Of a DNA stretch of 64,000 bases, positions 53,360 to 62,426 are shown one piece after another. Position 1 is the stretch's first letter. Each line of letters begins with the position of its first letter. The notes below the pieces were generated by a model, which made no database searches, was not told the DNA's origin, and saw only the letters and a program-made list of their open reading frames with translations. The position numbers were made by a program, and so were the translations under genes. Source of the stretch: Thermodesulfovibrio sp. (GTDB lineage Bacteria; Nitrospirota; Thermodesulfovibrionia; Thermodesulfovibrionales; Thermodesulfovibrionaceae); contig DYFF01000020.1 of assembly GCA_020725335.1 (NCBI GenBank), positions 146,434 through 210,433 of the forward strand, given 5' to 3'.

Positions 53360-54854
53360 ACCCTTCTCCCTCCCACAAAATCTTTAAGCCTCTGTCTTTT
53401 AAAAAACTTAAATCTTTAACAGAGGTAATAATCATTATTTTATCATTTTTTTGAATCCTATTAAGTAACTCTTCTTCGCTATCAATCTTGGGAATTTTTC
53501 TATCTGAATAGAAAACAATGCTTGGTTTGTTGATTTTATATGTAAAAACTATTCTATCTTTTAAATTTTCTTTTACATAAAGGCTGCATCTGTAAAGACT
53601 TTCTTGTAGTGTTTTATTTACATAGGGGATTATTTTTAAAGAGATTATCATAAGAAATACAAATGTCAAACAAGCCATAGATAAAAATATGTTTTTTCTT
53701 TTTAAAATGCCATAAAAGCTAACCACTGCAAATAAAAGCATTACAATAGTAATTACATACAACCATGTAATATCAAAATCGGGTAGATATAGTCTTATCT
53801 TATTGACTCCGATTAAAAATGCAGCAGCAAACAAAATAGATAAAAATCCGATGATAATCAACGGAACAGATGAGGGTTTTTCTCTAAACTCAGCCATTCC
53901 ATGAGAGATTATAATTGAGACTGCCGGGATAGCAGGTAAAATATAGTTTGGAAGCTTTGTTGTTGAAAAAGAGAAAAATATGAGGATAAATGAAAACCAG
54001 ATTAATGAAAAAAACCTCAAATTATCCTTTCTAATATTTCTCAATCCCTGAGATAAAAAGGATATCCAAGGGAAAAGTCCTATTATCAAAACAGGGATAA
54101 AATAATAAAATGGTCCTTTATGCCCTGAAATAACTCCTGTATATCTCATAAAATGATGTTTTATAAAAAACTGCTGAATAAAATCCTGTCCATTTATTGC
54201 TATTTGGGTAACATACCACGGAAGGGAGATTAAAAGAAAAACTATAAAAGCCTTAAAATTAAAAATTCGCTTTATACCATTTATTCCTTCCATAAAAATA
54301 ATGTAAATTCCAGCAATTGAAAAAGGAAAAACTATTCCAATTAATCCCTTGGTTAGGAAAGCAAGAGCAGAAAAAATATAAAAGCCGTAGATATATTTCT
54401 GGTTCTTGTATATTGCCAAATAAAAAGAAAAAAGAGATAAACTAATAAACAATGCAAGAGCCATATCTGTAACTGCTGCATGAGTGTAAACTAAATAATA
54501 AAGTGAAAAGGCAAAACATAAAACTACATAGATGGCTTCACGCTTTCGGTTTAAAATATTTAAGAATATAAAAATGCTTAAACAAAGAATAAATCCAGCC
54601 AAAGCAGAGGGAAATCTGGCTGAAAATTCGTTTATTCCAAAGATTTTATAAGAGAGCGACATTAACCAGTAAAAAAGTATTGGCTTATCATATCGTGGTT
54701 CATCATTATAAGTTGGCGTTATCCAATTACCACTTTGTAACATCTCCTTAGTTGCTTCTGCAAATACTGCTTCATCAACATCAAAAAGTGTTACAGAGCC
54801 AAGTCTAAAGAGAGCTATAAATAGAGCTATAAGAATAATAAGATTTCTTATCAT
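53337..54854 (-). CDS. glycosyltransferase family 39 (ArnT/PMT-like) membrane protein
   Basis: N-terminal LFDVDEAVFAEATKEML (the DE motif of the first loop), YDKPILFYW, and at least 10 TM helices with a C-terminal soluble domain. Confidence 0.8.
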   Translation of the reverse strand: MIRNLIILIALFIALFRLGSVTLFDVDEAVFAEATKEMLQSGNWITPTYNDEPRYDKPILFYWLMSLSYKIFGINEFSARFPSALAGFILCLSIFIFLNILNRKREAIYVVLCFAFSLYYLVYTHAAVTDMALALFISLSLFSFYLAIYKNQKYIYGFYIFSALAFLTKGLIGIVFPFSIAGIYIIFMEGINGIKRIFNFKAFIVFLLISLPWYVTQIAINGQDFIQQFFIKHHFMRYTGVISGHKGPFYYFIPVLIIGLFPWISFLSQGLRNIRKDNLRFFSLIWFSFILIFFSFSTTKLPNYILPAIPAVSIIISHGMAEFREKPSSVPLIIIGFLSILFAAAFLIGVNKIRLYLPDFDITWLYVITIVMLLFAVVSFYGILKRKNIFLSMACLTFVFLMIISLKIIPYVNKTLQESLYRCSLYVKENLKDRIVFTYKINKPSIVFYSDRKIPKIDSEEELLNRIQKNDKIMIITSVKDLSFLKDRGLKILWEGEGYAVLEKL

Positions 54855-54913
54855 ATTTTCAAGTATAAAACTTCATATCGCCTTACTTCAATTTGTTCAT
54901 TTTGCATACATTT

Positions 54914-56704
54914 CTACATTTCAACTCTTGTTAAAACTCCATGAAGCTTTCGTGAAGGGAGTCTAAAAAAGCTTATAAATGTAGGAGTTACTCTCTTTAA
55001 AAAAGCAAAAATCTTCCAATGACCTCTTGCAATAATCTCTTCAAGCCCATAAAATATCGCTCTCTCATCTATCCCGTTTTCTCTCAATATCTCTTCAATA
55101 TTTACAACTTCCATATATCCCATCTGAATCTCAAAAACTCTAACGCCTTTACAGAGATTTTCTTTAAAGTATCCTGTTACTCCGAAAGGATCGGGTCTTA
55201 TTACAATTGATAAAAATATATTATCTTCATAAATTATTCCATGATAAAACATTGTTTCAACTATATAGTGAGAGATTTTATTTTTATCTCTGATGAAAAA
55301 AATCGCTGTGCCTGGTATCTTTGGATTTGTTTCATAAACTCTCTCAAACTTAAGAATAAAATCATCTAAAGGCATAAACATCATAAATCTGTAAAGTCTT
55401 TTCTGCCCTCGCATATAAATAAACATCGTTAAAAAAGGAAATAATGCAAGAATAATTGACCAGTATCCACCATGTGGAATTTTATATAAACAGGAACTGA
55501 AATAAACAAAGTCAACAAAAATTATGAAAATACTTGCCAGCATAGCATAATAATTTCTTTTTAGAAAAAAGATTGAAACCAGAAGCAATCCTGTTATGCA
55601 CATATTTCCTGTAACCGCGAGTCCGTAAGCTGCTGCAAGATTTGAAGAGCTACCAAAATCAATCATTATTAAAATAACCGCTAAAAGTAAAAACCAGTTG
55701 ACACTTCCAATATATATCTGGGACTTAAGCTCCTTTGAAGTGTAGTCAATTTTTAACATTGGCATTATTCTTGTTGTTATAGCCTGATAGACAACTGAAA
55801 ACATTCCACTTATCATTGCTTGGGACGCGATAACTGTAGCTAAGAGACTTAAAATTAAAAATGGCACATAAAGAAAAGATGAAAAATTAAAAGCCATCTC
55901 AAAGAGTATATTTTTAACCTGCGGATTTTTTAAAAGAAAAGCACCCTGCCCAAAATAGTTTATAAAAAGAGCAAAAAATACCATTGCCCATGCCTTTCTT
56001 ATTGGTTTTGCACCGAGATGTCCCATATCAGCGTACATTGCCTCAGCGCCTGTTGCACAGAGAATAATCTCTCCAAGCACAAGATAGCCTTTCCATCCGT
56101 TGTGCATGAGAAACTCTACTGCATAATAGGGGTTTATTGCCTTTAAAACCTGAGGATTTAAAAAGACTGAATGAATTCCTATGACTAAAATAGATAAAAA
56201 CCAGATACACATAATTGGACCAAAAGCTGAAGAGACCTTTTCCGTCCCTTTTTTCTGAAAGAGAAATAAAGTAAAGGCAATTATAATTGCAATGAACACC
56301 ATGGAAGCCTGCGAAATTCCTTCAAGTCCTGGAATAAAAGCAGTTCCTTCAACAGCACTTAAGATGCTTATCGCAGGTGTTATAACCCCATCGCCTATTA
56401 AAAAAGAAACTCCAATAAGAGCTAAAAAGGTAACAAAGGCTTTTGTTTTATTTGATTTTGAAAGAGATTTAAATATCTCAGAGAGAACTATTGTGCCACC
56501 CTCACCCCTTATACTTAGATTCATGGCAAGGAAGTTATATTGTATTGTAGGAAGTATGATAAGGGTCCAAAATATGAGAGATAGAACGCCTAAAACATTT
56601 TCATAAGTTGGCTCAAGTATTAAGAAAGCAACTGTTAGAGTATAAATAGGGCTTGTACCAATGTCTCCGAAAACAAGTCCGAGTGCTTTAATCACTCCAC
56701 TCAT
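54914..56704 (-). CDS. kup: potassium transporter Kup
   Basis: N-terminal ALGLVFGDIGTSPIYT and GGTIVL, GAEAMYADMGH are KUP/HAK/KT signatures. Confidence 0.9.
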   Translation of the reverse strand: MSGVIKALGLVFGDIGTSPIYTLTVAFLILEPTYENVLGVLSLIFWTLIILPTIQYNFLAMNLSIRGEGGTIVLSEIFKSLSKSNKTKAFVTFLALIGVSFLIGDGVITPAISILSAVEGTAFIPGLEGISQASMVFIAIIIAFTLFLFQKKGTEKVSSAFGPIMCIWFLSILVIGIHSVFLNPQVLKAINPYYAVEFLMHNGWKGYLVLGEIILCATGAEAMYADMGHLGAKPIRKAWAMVFFALFINYFGQGAFLLKNPQVKNILFEMAFNFSSFLYVPFLILSLLATVIASQAMISGMFSVVYQAITTRIMPMLKIDYTSKELKSQIYIGSVNWFLLLAVILIMIDFGSSSNLAAAYGLAVTGNMCITGLLLVSIFFLKRNYYAMLASIFIIFVDFVYFSSCLYKIPHGGYWSIILALFPFLTMFIYMRGQKRLYRFMMFMPLDDFILKFERVYETNPKIPGTAIFFIRDKNKISHYIVETMFYHGIIYEDNIFLSIVIRPDPFGVTGYFKENLCKGVRVFEIQMGYMEVVNIEEILRENGIDERAIFYGLEEIIARGHWKIFAFLKRVTPTFISFFRLPSRKLHGVLTRVEM

Positions 56705-56759
56705 GAAGGTTTATTATATATCAGTAGTAATTTTTTAGCAAATCCTTGTATAATCTCTT

Positions 56760-58031
56760 ATGCAAATTATAAAAGACAAAAAAATATTTGAAAAATTTGT
56801 CAAAAAATTGCAAAAAAGGTCATTTTCTGAACCTAAAATTGAAGATAGTGTAAGAAAAATTTTAAATGACATAAAAAAAAGTGGAGATAAAGCATTAGCC
56901 AGATATACAAAACTATTTGATAAGCATAGCCTTCCTCTTAAGATCGGTAAAAAAGAGATAGAAAAAAAAGCTAAAGATATATCAAAAGACGTCTTTAATG
57001 CTCTCATTTTTGCAGAGGAAAGAATCCGTAAATTTCATGAAAAACAGCTTGAAAAATCATGGCAGTATCAGGAAGGAGATATTATTCTTGGACAAATAAT
57101 AAGACCATTAGAGAGAGTTGGGGCTTATGTTCCTGGAGGAAAGGCATCCTACCCTTCAACAGTGCTTATGAACATTATTCCTGCTCAAGTCGCAGGAGTA
57201 AAAGAAATAGCAGTATGCGTTCCAACTCCAAATGGAGAACTTAATCCAATAGTCTGCGCTGCTTTAAGTATTCTTGGAATAAAAGAGGTTTACAGAATAG
57301 GTGGTGCTCAAGCAATCGCAGCTATGGCTTATGGAACAGAAACAATAAAAAAAGTTGATAAAATTGTAGGACCTGGTAATATCTATGTGGCAACAGCAAA
57401 AAAGCTTGTCTTTGGAGAAGTTGATATAGATATGATAGCAGGTCCGAGTGAAATTCTCATTATCGCTGATAATTCAGCAAATCCTGCTTTCGTTGCTGCT
57501 GACATGCTTAGTCAGGCTGAGCATGATGAAATGGCATGTAGCATTCTTGTAACAAATTCTGAACAATTAGTTAACTCAGTAAAAAAAGAGATTACAAGAC
57601 AACTTAAAAAACTTCCTAAAGCATCCATAGCAAAAGAATCACTCAAAAATTTCGGCGCGATAATTATTGTAAAATCCTTACAAGAAGCCTGCAATATTGC
57701 AAATACAATAGCACCAGAACATCTTGAAGTAATGACCCAAAATCCTGAGGAACTTTTAACTCTATTAAAAAATGCAGGAGCCATATTTTTAGGACAATGG
57801 ACTCCAGAACCCATAGGAGATTATGTAGCAGGACCTAATCATACACTTCCCACATCAGGAACAGCAAGATTTTTCTCTCCTTTAGGAGTTTATGATTTCG
57901 TCAAAAAAACATCCTTAATAAAATGTGAGCAAAGTAGCTTCAAAAAATTTGCTCCTTATGTTGAAATACTCTCAACACTCGAAGGATTAGAAGCACATGC
58001 CAATACCATAAAAATAAGGCAATCTATTTAA
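56760..58031 (+). CDS. hisD: histidinol dehydrogenase
   Basis: YVPGGKASYPSTVLM, GGAQAIAAMAYGT, IAGPSE, SQAEHD and APEHLE are HisD motifs. Confidence 0.92.
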   Translation: MQIIKDKKIFEKFVKKLQKRSFSEPKIEDSVRKILNDIKKSGDKALARYTKLFDKHSLPLKIGKKEIEKKAKDISKDVFNALIFAEERIRKFHEKQLEKSWQYQEGDIILGQIIRPLERVGAYVPGGKASYPSTVLMNIIPAQVAGVKEIAVCVPTPNGELNPIVCAALSILGIKEVYRIGGAQAIAAMAYGTETIKKVDKIVGPGNIYVATAKKLVFGEVDIDMIAGPSEILIIADNSANPAFVAADMLSQAEHDEMACSILVTNSEQLVNSVKKEITRQLKKLPKASIAKESLKNFGAIIIVKSLQEACNIANTIAPEHLEVMTQNPEELLTLLKNAGAIFLGQWTPEPIGDYVAGPNHTLPTSGTARFFSPLGVYDFVKKTSLIKCEQSSFKKFAPYVEILSTLEGLEAHANTIKIRQSI

Positions 58032-58100
58032 TTGAAGGAATAAATTTTTTGATTTTTATAGGACTTAATTGCTGAAATTTTTTAAAAAACCTATTATATA

Positions 58101-58406
58101 TTAATAACTAATATGCTTTAGTAATCTACTTATTAGTAAATATCCGCCACACGGCTCATTGCTTTTGTTTACAAAAAAATCACAGCCATCAATTCTAAAC
58201 TCACAATCTTCACAAATAAAGGATAGATTTTTGCTGGCAACTTCATCATTTTTAAGATTGAAAACCTTTATTAAACCAACTAACTCAGAGGCCGTTATAA
58301 ATTTTTTTAGATAAAAATATCCGCCGCAGATTTCTTTATCTTTTCCCGGCTTGTAATAGTTACAAAAATCCTCACAAATCAAAGTAGTATAAATATCTTC
58401 TTTCAT
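58101..58406 (-). CDS. hypothetical Cys-rich protein with internal duplication
   Basis: Two copies of an ICED-x(1-2)-C ... CGGY motif: LICEDFC..EICGGYFYL and FICEDCE..EPCGGYLLI. The start overlaps the cutA stop (ATGA). Confidence 0.5.
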   Translation of the reverse strand: MKEDIYTTLICEDFCNYYKPGKDKEICGGYFYLKKFITASELVGLIKVFNLKNDEVASKNLSFICEDCEFRIDGCDFFVNKSNEPCGGYLLISRLLKHISY

Positions 58407-58720
58407 TTTGTAACCTCATCAAGCCATTTCAAATAATTTTCTGAACCTTTTTTAATTTTTATTCCTATTATTTCAGGTACGGTGTAAGAATGAATAGATT
58501 TTACTCTTTTTTCAAGTTCTTCGAATAAGTCAGAGCTCGTCTTAACTATCATTAAAACTTCCGAGTCATCCTCTATTTTACCCTGCCAAGAATAAATTGA
58601 ACGCACATTTTTAACTATATTTACACAGCCTGCAAGTTTTTCTTCTACAAGGGTCTTAGAAATTTTAACTGCTTCATCTTCATTTGGAACTGTTATTAAA
58701 ACCACTATATAATCACTCAT
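58403..58720 (-). CDS. cutA: divalent-cation tolerance protein CutA
   Basis: About 105 aa. VVLITVPNEDEA..LAGCVNI...SIYSWQGKIE..EVLMIVKT...HSYTVPEII matches the CutA1 pattern. Confidence 0.85.
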   Translation of the reverse strand: MSDYIVVLITVPNEDEAVKISKTLVEEKLAGCVNIVKNVRSIYSWQGKIEDDSEVLMIVKTSSDLFEELEKRVKSIHSYTVPEIIGIKIKKGSENYLKWLDEVTK

Positions 58721-58783
58721 AATTAATTATATAAAATTTTAATAAAATTGGTATAATTTTAAAAAAGCGTTAGGAGGTGCTTT

Positions 58784-59071
58784 ATGCCTTACTATGTTAT
58801 TTTAAGTACTCTTACCGATGAAGGTAGGGAGACATTAAAGAAGAAACCTGAAAGAATCTTAGAGGTTAATGAAGAAATTGAAAAAATGGGAGTAAAGATA
58901 ATTCAGCAATTTGCCGTGCTTGGTCCTTATGATTTTGTAAACATAGTTGAAGCTCCCGATAACATAACTGTGATGAAAATGTCTGTTGAACTGGGCTCAA
59001 GAGGCACTATTCAACTTATGACAATGCCTGCAATTACTGTTGAGGAATTAGTCGGCAACTTAAAAGGTTAA
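58784..59071 (+). CDS. GYD domain-containing protein
   Basis: About 95 aa with a ferredoxin-like pattern. YVILSTLTDEG and LGPYDFVNIVEAPD carry the eponymous G-x-YD motif. Confidence 0.75.
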   Translation: MPYYVILSTLTDEGRETLKKKPERILEVNEEIEKMGVKIIQQFAVLGPYDFVNIVEAPDNITVMKMSVELGSRGTIQLMTMPAITVEELVGNLKG

Positions 59072-59087
59072 TTACAAAATTATTTAA

Positions 59088-59561
59088 TTAAGACACAATT
59101 TTAAGAAGCTCGTCCAGAGCATGAAGGGTGGCATTTTGTTTATTTGAGGTTCTATCTCCTTTTAAGTATAATTCTTTTATGTGTATATTATCCTCTCCTG
59201 CTACAGCTATGTAGATTAACCCTTTTGGTTTTCCCTCCATAGTATCTGGACCGAGGTTTCCCGTGGTTGAAATAGCATAATCAGAACCTGTGAGTATTCT
59301 TATTTTTGCTGCCATTGCTGAAGCCATTTGAGAAGATATAACACCATGAGCAAAAACTTCTTCGGGTATTCCAAGCAGTTTAAGCTTCATCTCGGTTGCA
59401 TATAAAACCATGCCCCCCAAGAAAACATTGCTCGCACCAGGAATATCCGTAATAGATGAAGCTATGAGTCCACCTGTGCAGGATTCTGCGGTTGAGAGTG
59501 TCTTATTACGCTCTCTCAATCGGTTTACTAATTTTTGTGCTCTTTCGATGATTATTTCCAA
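59088..59561 (-). CDS. pncC: CinA C-terminal domain / nicotinamide-nucleotide amidohydrolase PncC-like
   Basis: TLSTAESCTGGLIAS, PGASNVFLGG and ISTTGNLGP are CinA_C signatures. Confidence 0.85.
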   Translation of the reverse strand: MEIIIERAQKLVNRLRERNKTLSTAESCTGGLIASSITDIPGASNVFLGGMVLYATEMKLKLLGIPEEVFAHGVISSQMASAMAAKIRILTGSDYAISTTGNLGPDTMEGKPKGLIYIAVAGEDNIHIKELYLKGDRTSNKQNATLHALDELLKIVS

Positions 59562-59574
59562 TATAGAAAAAACA

Positions 59575-59602
59575 AGAGGGAAAGATTTTTCCCTTTCCCT
59601 CT
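59575..59602 (-). terminator. rho-independent terminator after dsrD
   Basis: On the minus strand AGAGGGAAAG-loop-CTTTCCCTCT gives a 10-bp stem, followed by TGTTTTTT. Confidence 0.75.
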
Positions 59603-59628
59603 ATGAAAACTAATTTTAAATAGTCTGC

Positions 59629-59871
59629 TTATTTAAATATATCCTTTTCAAATTTTTCAAGCTTTGTAGCAAGCTCTATATAGCTTCCGCCCATGTAGGT
59701 ATATATCAGTTGTCCACCATCGATTAGCTCTCTTATAGCTTCTTTAGTTTCAGCATCAGATACACCAAGATTTCTAAAATGCTTTATGATATCCATTTGT
59801 TTGTATTTTTTCTTCCCTTGTGCCTGTTCAATTAAAGTATAAATCTGTTTTTTGAGTTCCTCTTTCTCCAT
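59629..59871 (-). CDS. dsrD: dissimilatory sulfite reductase-associated protein DsrD
   Basis: An 80-aa winged-helix-like protein immediately downstream of dsrB. The lysine-rich KKKYK stretch and LIYTYMGGSYIEL resemble DsrD. Confidence 0.8.
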   Translation of the reverse strand: MEKEELKKQIYTLIEQAQGKKKYKQMDIIKHFRNLGVSDAETKEAIRELIDGGQLIYTYMGGSYIELATKLEKFEKDIFK

Positions 59872-59905
59872 TAAAATTCACCCCTTTCATAATAAAAAAT
59901 TTTAA

Positions 59906-59924
59906 GGAGGGCATTGTGCCCTCC
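59906..59924 (-). terminator. intercistronic hairpin / partial terminator between dsrB and dsrD
   Basis: GGAGGGCA-nnn-TGCCCTCC gives an 8-bp GC-rich stem 7 nt after the dsrB stop. On the minus strand it is followed by TTAAAATTTTTT. Confidence 0.55.
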
Positions 59925-59930
59925 TTTTAA

Positions 59931-61031
59931 TTATTTAACCCATTTTATCTGTGCAGTTGTTCTGAATGTTTCAAAAGCATATGTCCAATCATCAACATGC
60001 TGCCAAGTAAATGGTATACCTGTTACTGCAAAGAATTTCTCCCAACCAATTCTCTGAATCCATTCACCAACTCTTTCATGTTTCTTTGCACCTGCTACAT
60101 AAGCATCGAAAATCATCTTTGTAGCTTTGATAACTTCTGGCCATCTTGGTGGATTATTGGGTAAGAAGGCTACTGCTAATTTAGAAAATTTTGGAGGAGT
60201 TCTGAGGTTACCTACTTTTCCGCCAACAACTATTGCAACACCGTCATTAACAGGGTCTTTAATTGGTAAAGATGGACACACTGAATAACAGTTTCCACAA
60301 TACATACATTTTTCTTCTTTAATCTTAACTGATTTTTTAGCTGGATCTGGAATTATTGCTGCTGTCGGGCATGCAGCCATTGTAGTTGGTAATTCGCAGA
60401 GGTCTTTAAATTTATCATGGTCTATTCTTGGTATTTTGGTATGGATACCAACAAAAGCAATATCTGAACAATGAACTGCACCGCACATGTTTGTACAACA
60501 TGCAACAGCAAATCTTAATTTATTTGGGGTCTCCTTAGTGGTAAAGTAATCTGCAAACTCGTCCATTAAACATTTAACAAGACCTGATGCGTCAACTGCT
60601 GCTGAATGACAGTGAATCCAACCCTGTGTGTGAACAATGTTACTGACTCTTGAGCCAATACCACCAATCATGTACTTCTTTGCTTTAAGTTCTTCGATCA
60701 AAGGATTTACTTTGCTTTCATCAGAAACAAGAAATTCTATATTATTTCTTGTTGTAAATCTAAAATAACCATCACAATATTTTTCAGCAATATCTGCTAT
60801 TTCTCTTAAAGTATCAGTAGCTAAAAGTCTTGGAGATGCTACTCTTATTGTCCAGATTTTATCTCCAGAATTAGCTATATGAACCATTAAACCAGGGCTT
60901 AAAATTTCATGAGTTTTCCAATCTCCGTAATTTTTTTGAATAACTGGGGGTAAAAAGTTTTTGTAATGAGGTGGTCCTATATCTGTTTTTCTTTGTTTTA
61001 CATCAACTACATCGGGAATAACATATGGCAT
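59931..61031 (-). CDS. dsrB: dissimilatory sulfite reductase beta subunit
   Basis: N-terminal TDIGPPHYKNFLPPVIQKNYGDW, the siroheme/Fe-S Cys motifs (CCTNMC) and the ferredoxin insert CMYCGNCYSVCP. Confidence 0.92.
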   Translation of the reverse strand: MPYVIPDVVDVKQRKTDIGPPHYKNFLPPVIQKNYGDWKTHEILSPGLMVHIANSGDKIWTIRVASPRLLATDTLREIADIAEKYCDGYFRFTTRNNIEFLVSDESKVNPLIEELKAKKYMIGGIGSRVSNIVHTQGWIHCHSAAVDASGLVKCLMDEFADYFTTKETPNKLRFAVACCTNMCGAVHCSDIAFVGIHTKIPRIDHDKFKDLCELPTTMAACPTAAIIPDPAKKSVKIKEEKCMYCGNCYSVCPSLPIKDPVNDGVAIVVGGKVGNLRTPPKFSKLAVAFLPNNPPRWPEVIKATKMIFDAYVAGAKKHERVGEWIQRIGWEKFFAVTGIPFTWQHVDDWTYAFETFRTTAQIKWVK

Positions 61032-61069
61032 AATTTAACCTCCTTAATTGTATTAATTAATTATAAAAA

Positions 61070-62278
61070 TTATTTTAACCATGATTCCCATGGTTTTCCT
61101 TCAAGGTCTCCCTCTTTCCAGAACCAGAAAGGATCTCTTCTTGGTTCTTTAACCATCTCAGGTGTTGGCGTTAATCCAACTGCTTCGAGAAACTCTCTCA
61201 TACCCATTCTCAATATAAGCTCACCAATTCTCTCTCTATTCTTTCCATACTCACTCCACCACTCAGTTGCTGCTCTAATAAAATCTTTCATTTCTTGATA
61301 TGGTGGCTTCATCTCTATGAATGGGAAGATTACCCATGAAAGTGTTGCACCTACTACGAATGGAGCTTTCGAACCAATAAGGACTGTTGCACCAAATGGT
61401 GGTGTTGGCTTCAATGCTCCGGCAAGTTTTGCAATACAATGCATACAATGTAGACAATCGCTATCATTTATAGCAAGATTATTTCCATCCCAAGTTATAC
61501 ACTTACCGGGACAGAGATTTACAATTTCTTCCTGAATATTCATGCCTTTCTTTACATAATCTTTAACTTTGTCTTGGTCAATTGCTATTGGTCCTTTCCA
61601 TGTTCCGATTATTGAACAGTCAGCACGAGCAATGGAAGCATTGCAGTCAATCGGGCAACCAACTGTTTTTATTTTAAATTTATATGGGAAAGAAGGTCTG
61701 TGTAATTCATCCTGAAACTCTTGAGTTAAATCATAGGTAATATCAAGGGTGTCAATCATTGACCATTCACATCTTGCTGGTCCCACACAGCAGCTTGGTG
61801 TTCTCATTGCAGAACCAGAACCGCCAAGGTCAAATCCATTAATACTAAAAATTGTACCAATAGCCTCGAGATTGTCTGTTACTGTTCCTAAAAGGATTAT
61901 ATCTCCTGTGGAACCATGAAAGTTTGTTAATCCACTTCCATATCTGTCCCAAACATCGCAAATAAACCTCATAGCTTCTGAAGTATAAAATAATCCAGCA
62001 GGCTGATTTATACGAACAGTATGGAAATGAGCTACTCCTGGGAATTGATCTGCAAGCTCACAGTATCTTCCGATAACTCCACCGCCATATCCTCTAACTC
62101 CAACAATACCACCATGTTTCCAGTAAGTGACTTTGTCTCTGAAGCTTTTTTCAAGAAGTCCAAGCTCATCAGCAGCCATTTCATTTTTTGCAGCTGCTTT
62201 TTTAATTTCTGTGACAAAACTCGGGAAAGGACCCTTTTCAAGTTCATCCAATAAAGGTGTGTCGTACTTCTTCGTCAT
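61070..62278 (-). CDS. dsrA: dissimilatory sulfite reductase alpha subunit
   Basis: N-terminal TPLLDELEKGPFPSFVTEIKK, a Cx5C (CVGPARC) plus Cx3C (CPIDC) siroheme-cluster motif, and the ferredoxin domain CLHCMHC. Confidence 0.92.
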   Translation of the reverse strand: MTKKYDTPLLDELEKGPFPSFVTEIKKAAAKNEMAADELGLLEKSFRDKVTYWKHGGIVGVRGYGGGVIGRYCELADQFPGVAHFHTVRINQPAGLFYTSEAMRFICDVWDRYGSGLTNFHGSTGDIILLGTVTDNLEAIGTIFSINGFDLGGSGSAMRTPSCCVGPARCEWSMIDTLDITYDLTQEFQDELHRPSFPYKFKIKTVGCPIDCNASIARADCSIIGTWKGPIAIDQDKVKDYVKKGMNIQEEIVNLCPGKCITWDGNNLAINDSDCLHCMHCIAKLAGALKPTPPFGATVLIGSKAPFVVGATLSWVIFPFIEMKPPYQEMKDFIRAATEWWSEYGKNRERIGELILRMGMREFLEAVGLTPTPEMVKEPRRDPFWFWKEGDLEGKPWESWLK

Positions 62279-62308
62279 AATTTCCTCCTACTGTTAAGAT
62301 TTTTTGAA

Positions 62309-62337
62309 ATTATACCATAATTTTTTGTGTCTATCAA
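62309..62337 (-). promoter_or_regulatory. candidate sigma-70 promoter for dsrA
   Basis: On the minus strand: TTGATA (62337-62332), a 17-nt spacer and TATAAT (62314-62309), about 30 nt upstream of the dsrA ATG, with GGAGG in between. Confidence 0.45.
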
Positions 62338-62426
62338 CTGTAAAATAGTTATACCTATTTGGTCAAATAAAAAAAATTTATGCTTACATTAAAGCTTTTA
62401 AATTAAAAATAGGCTAAAATATTTTA

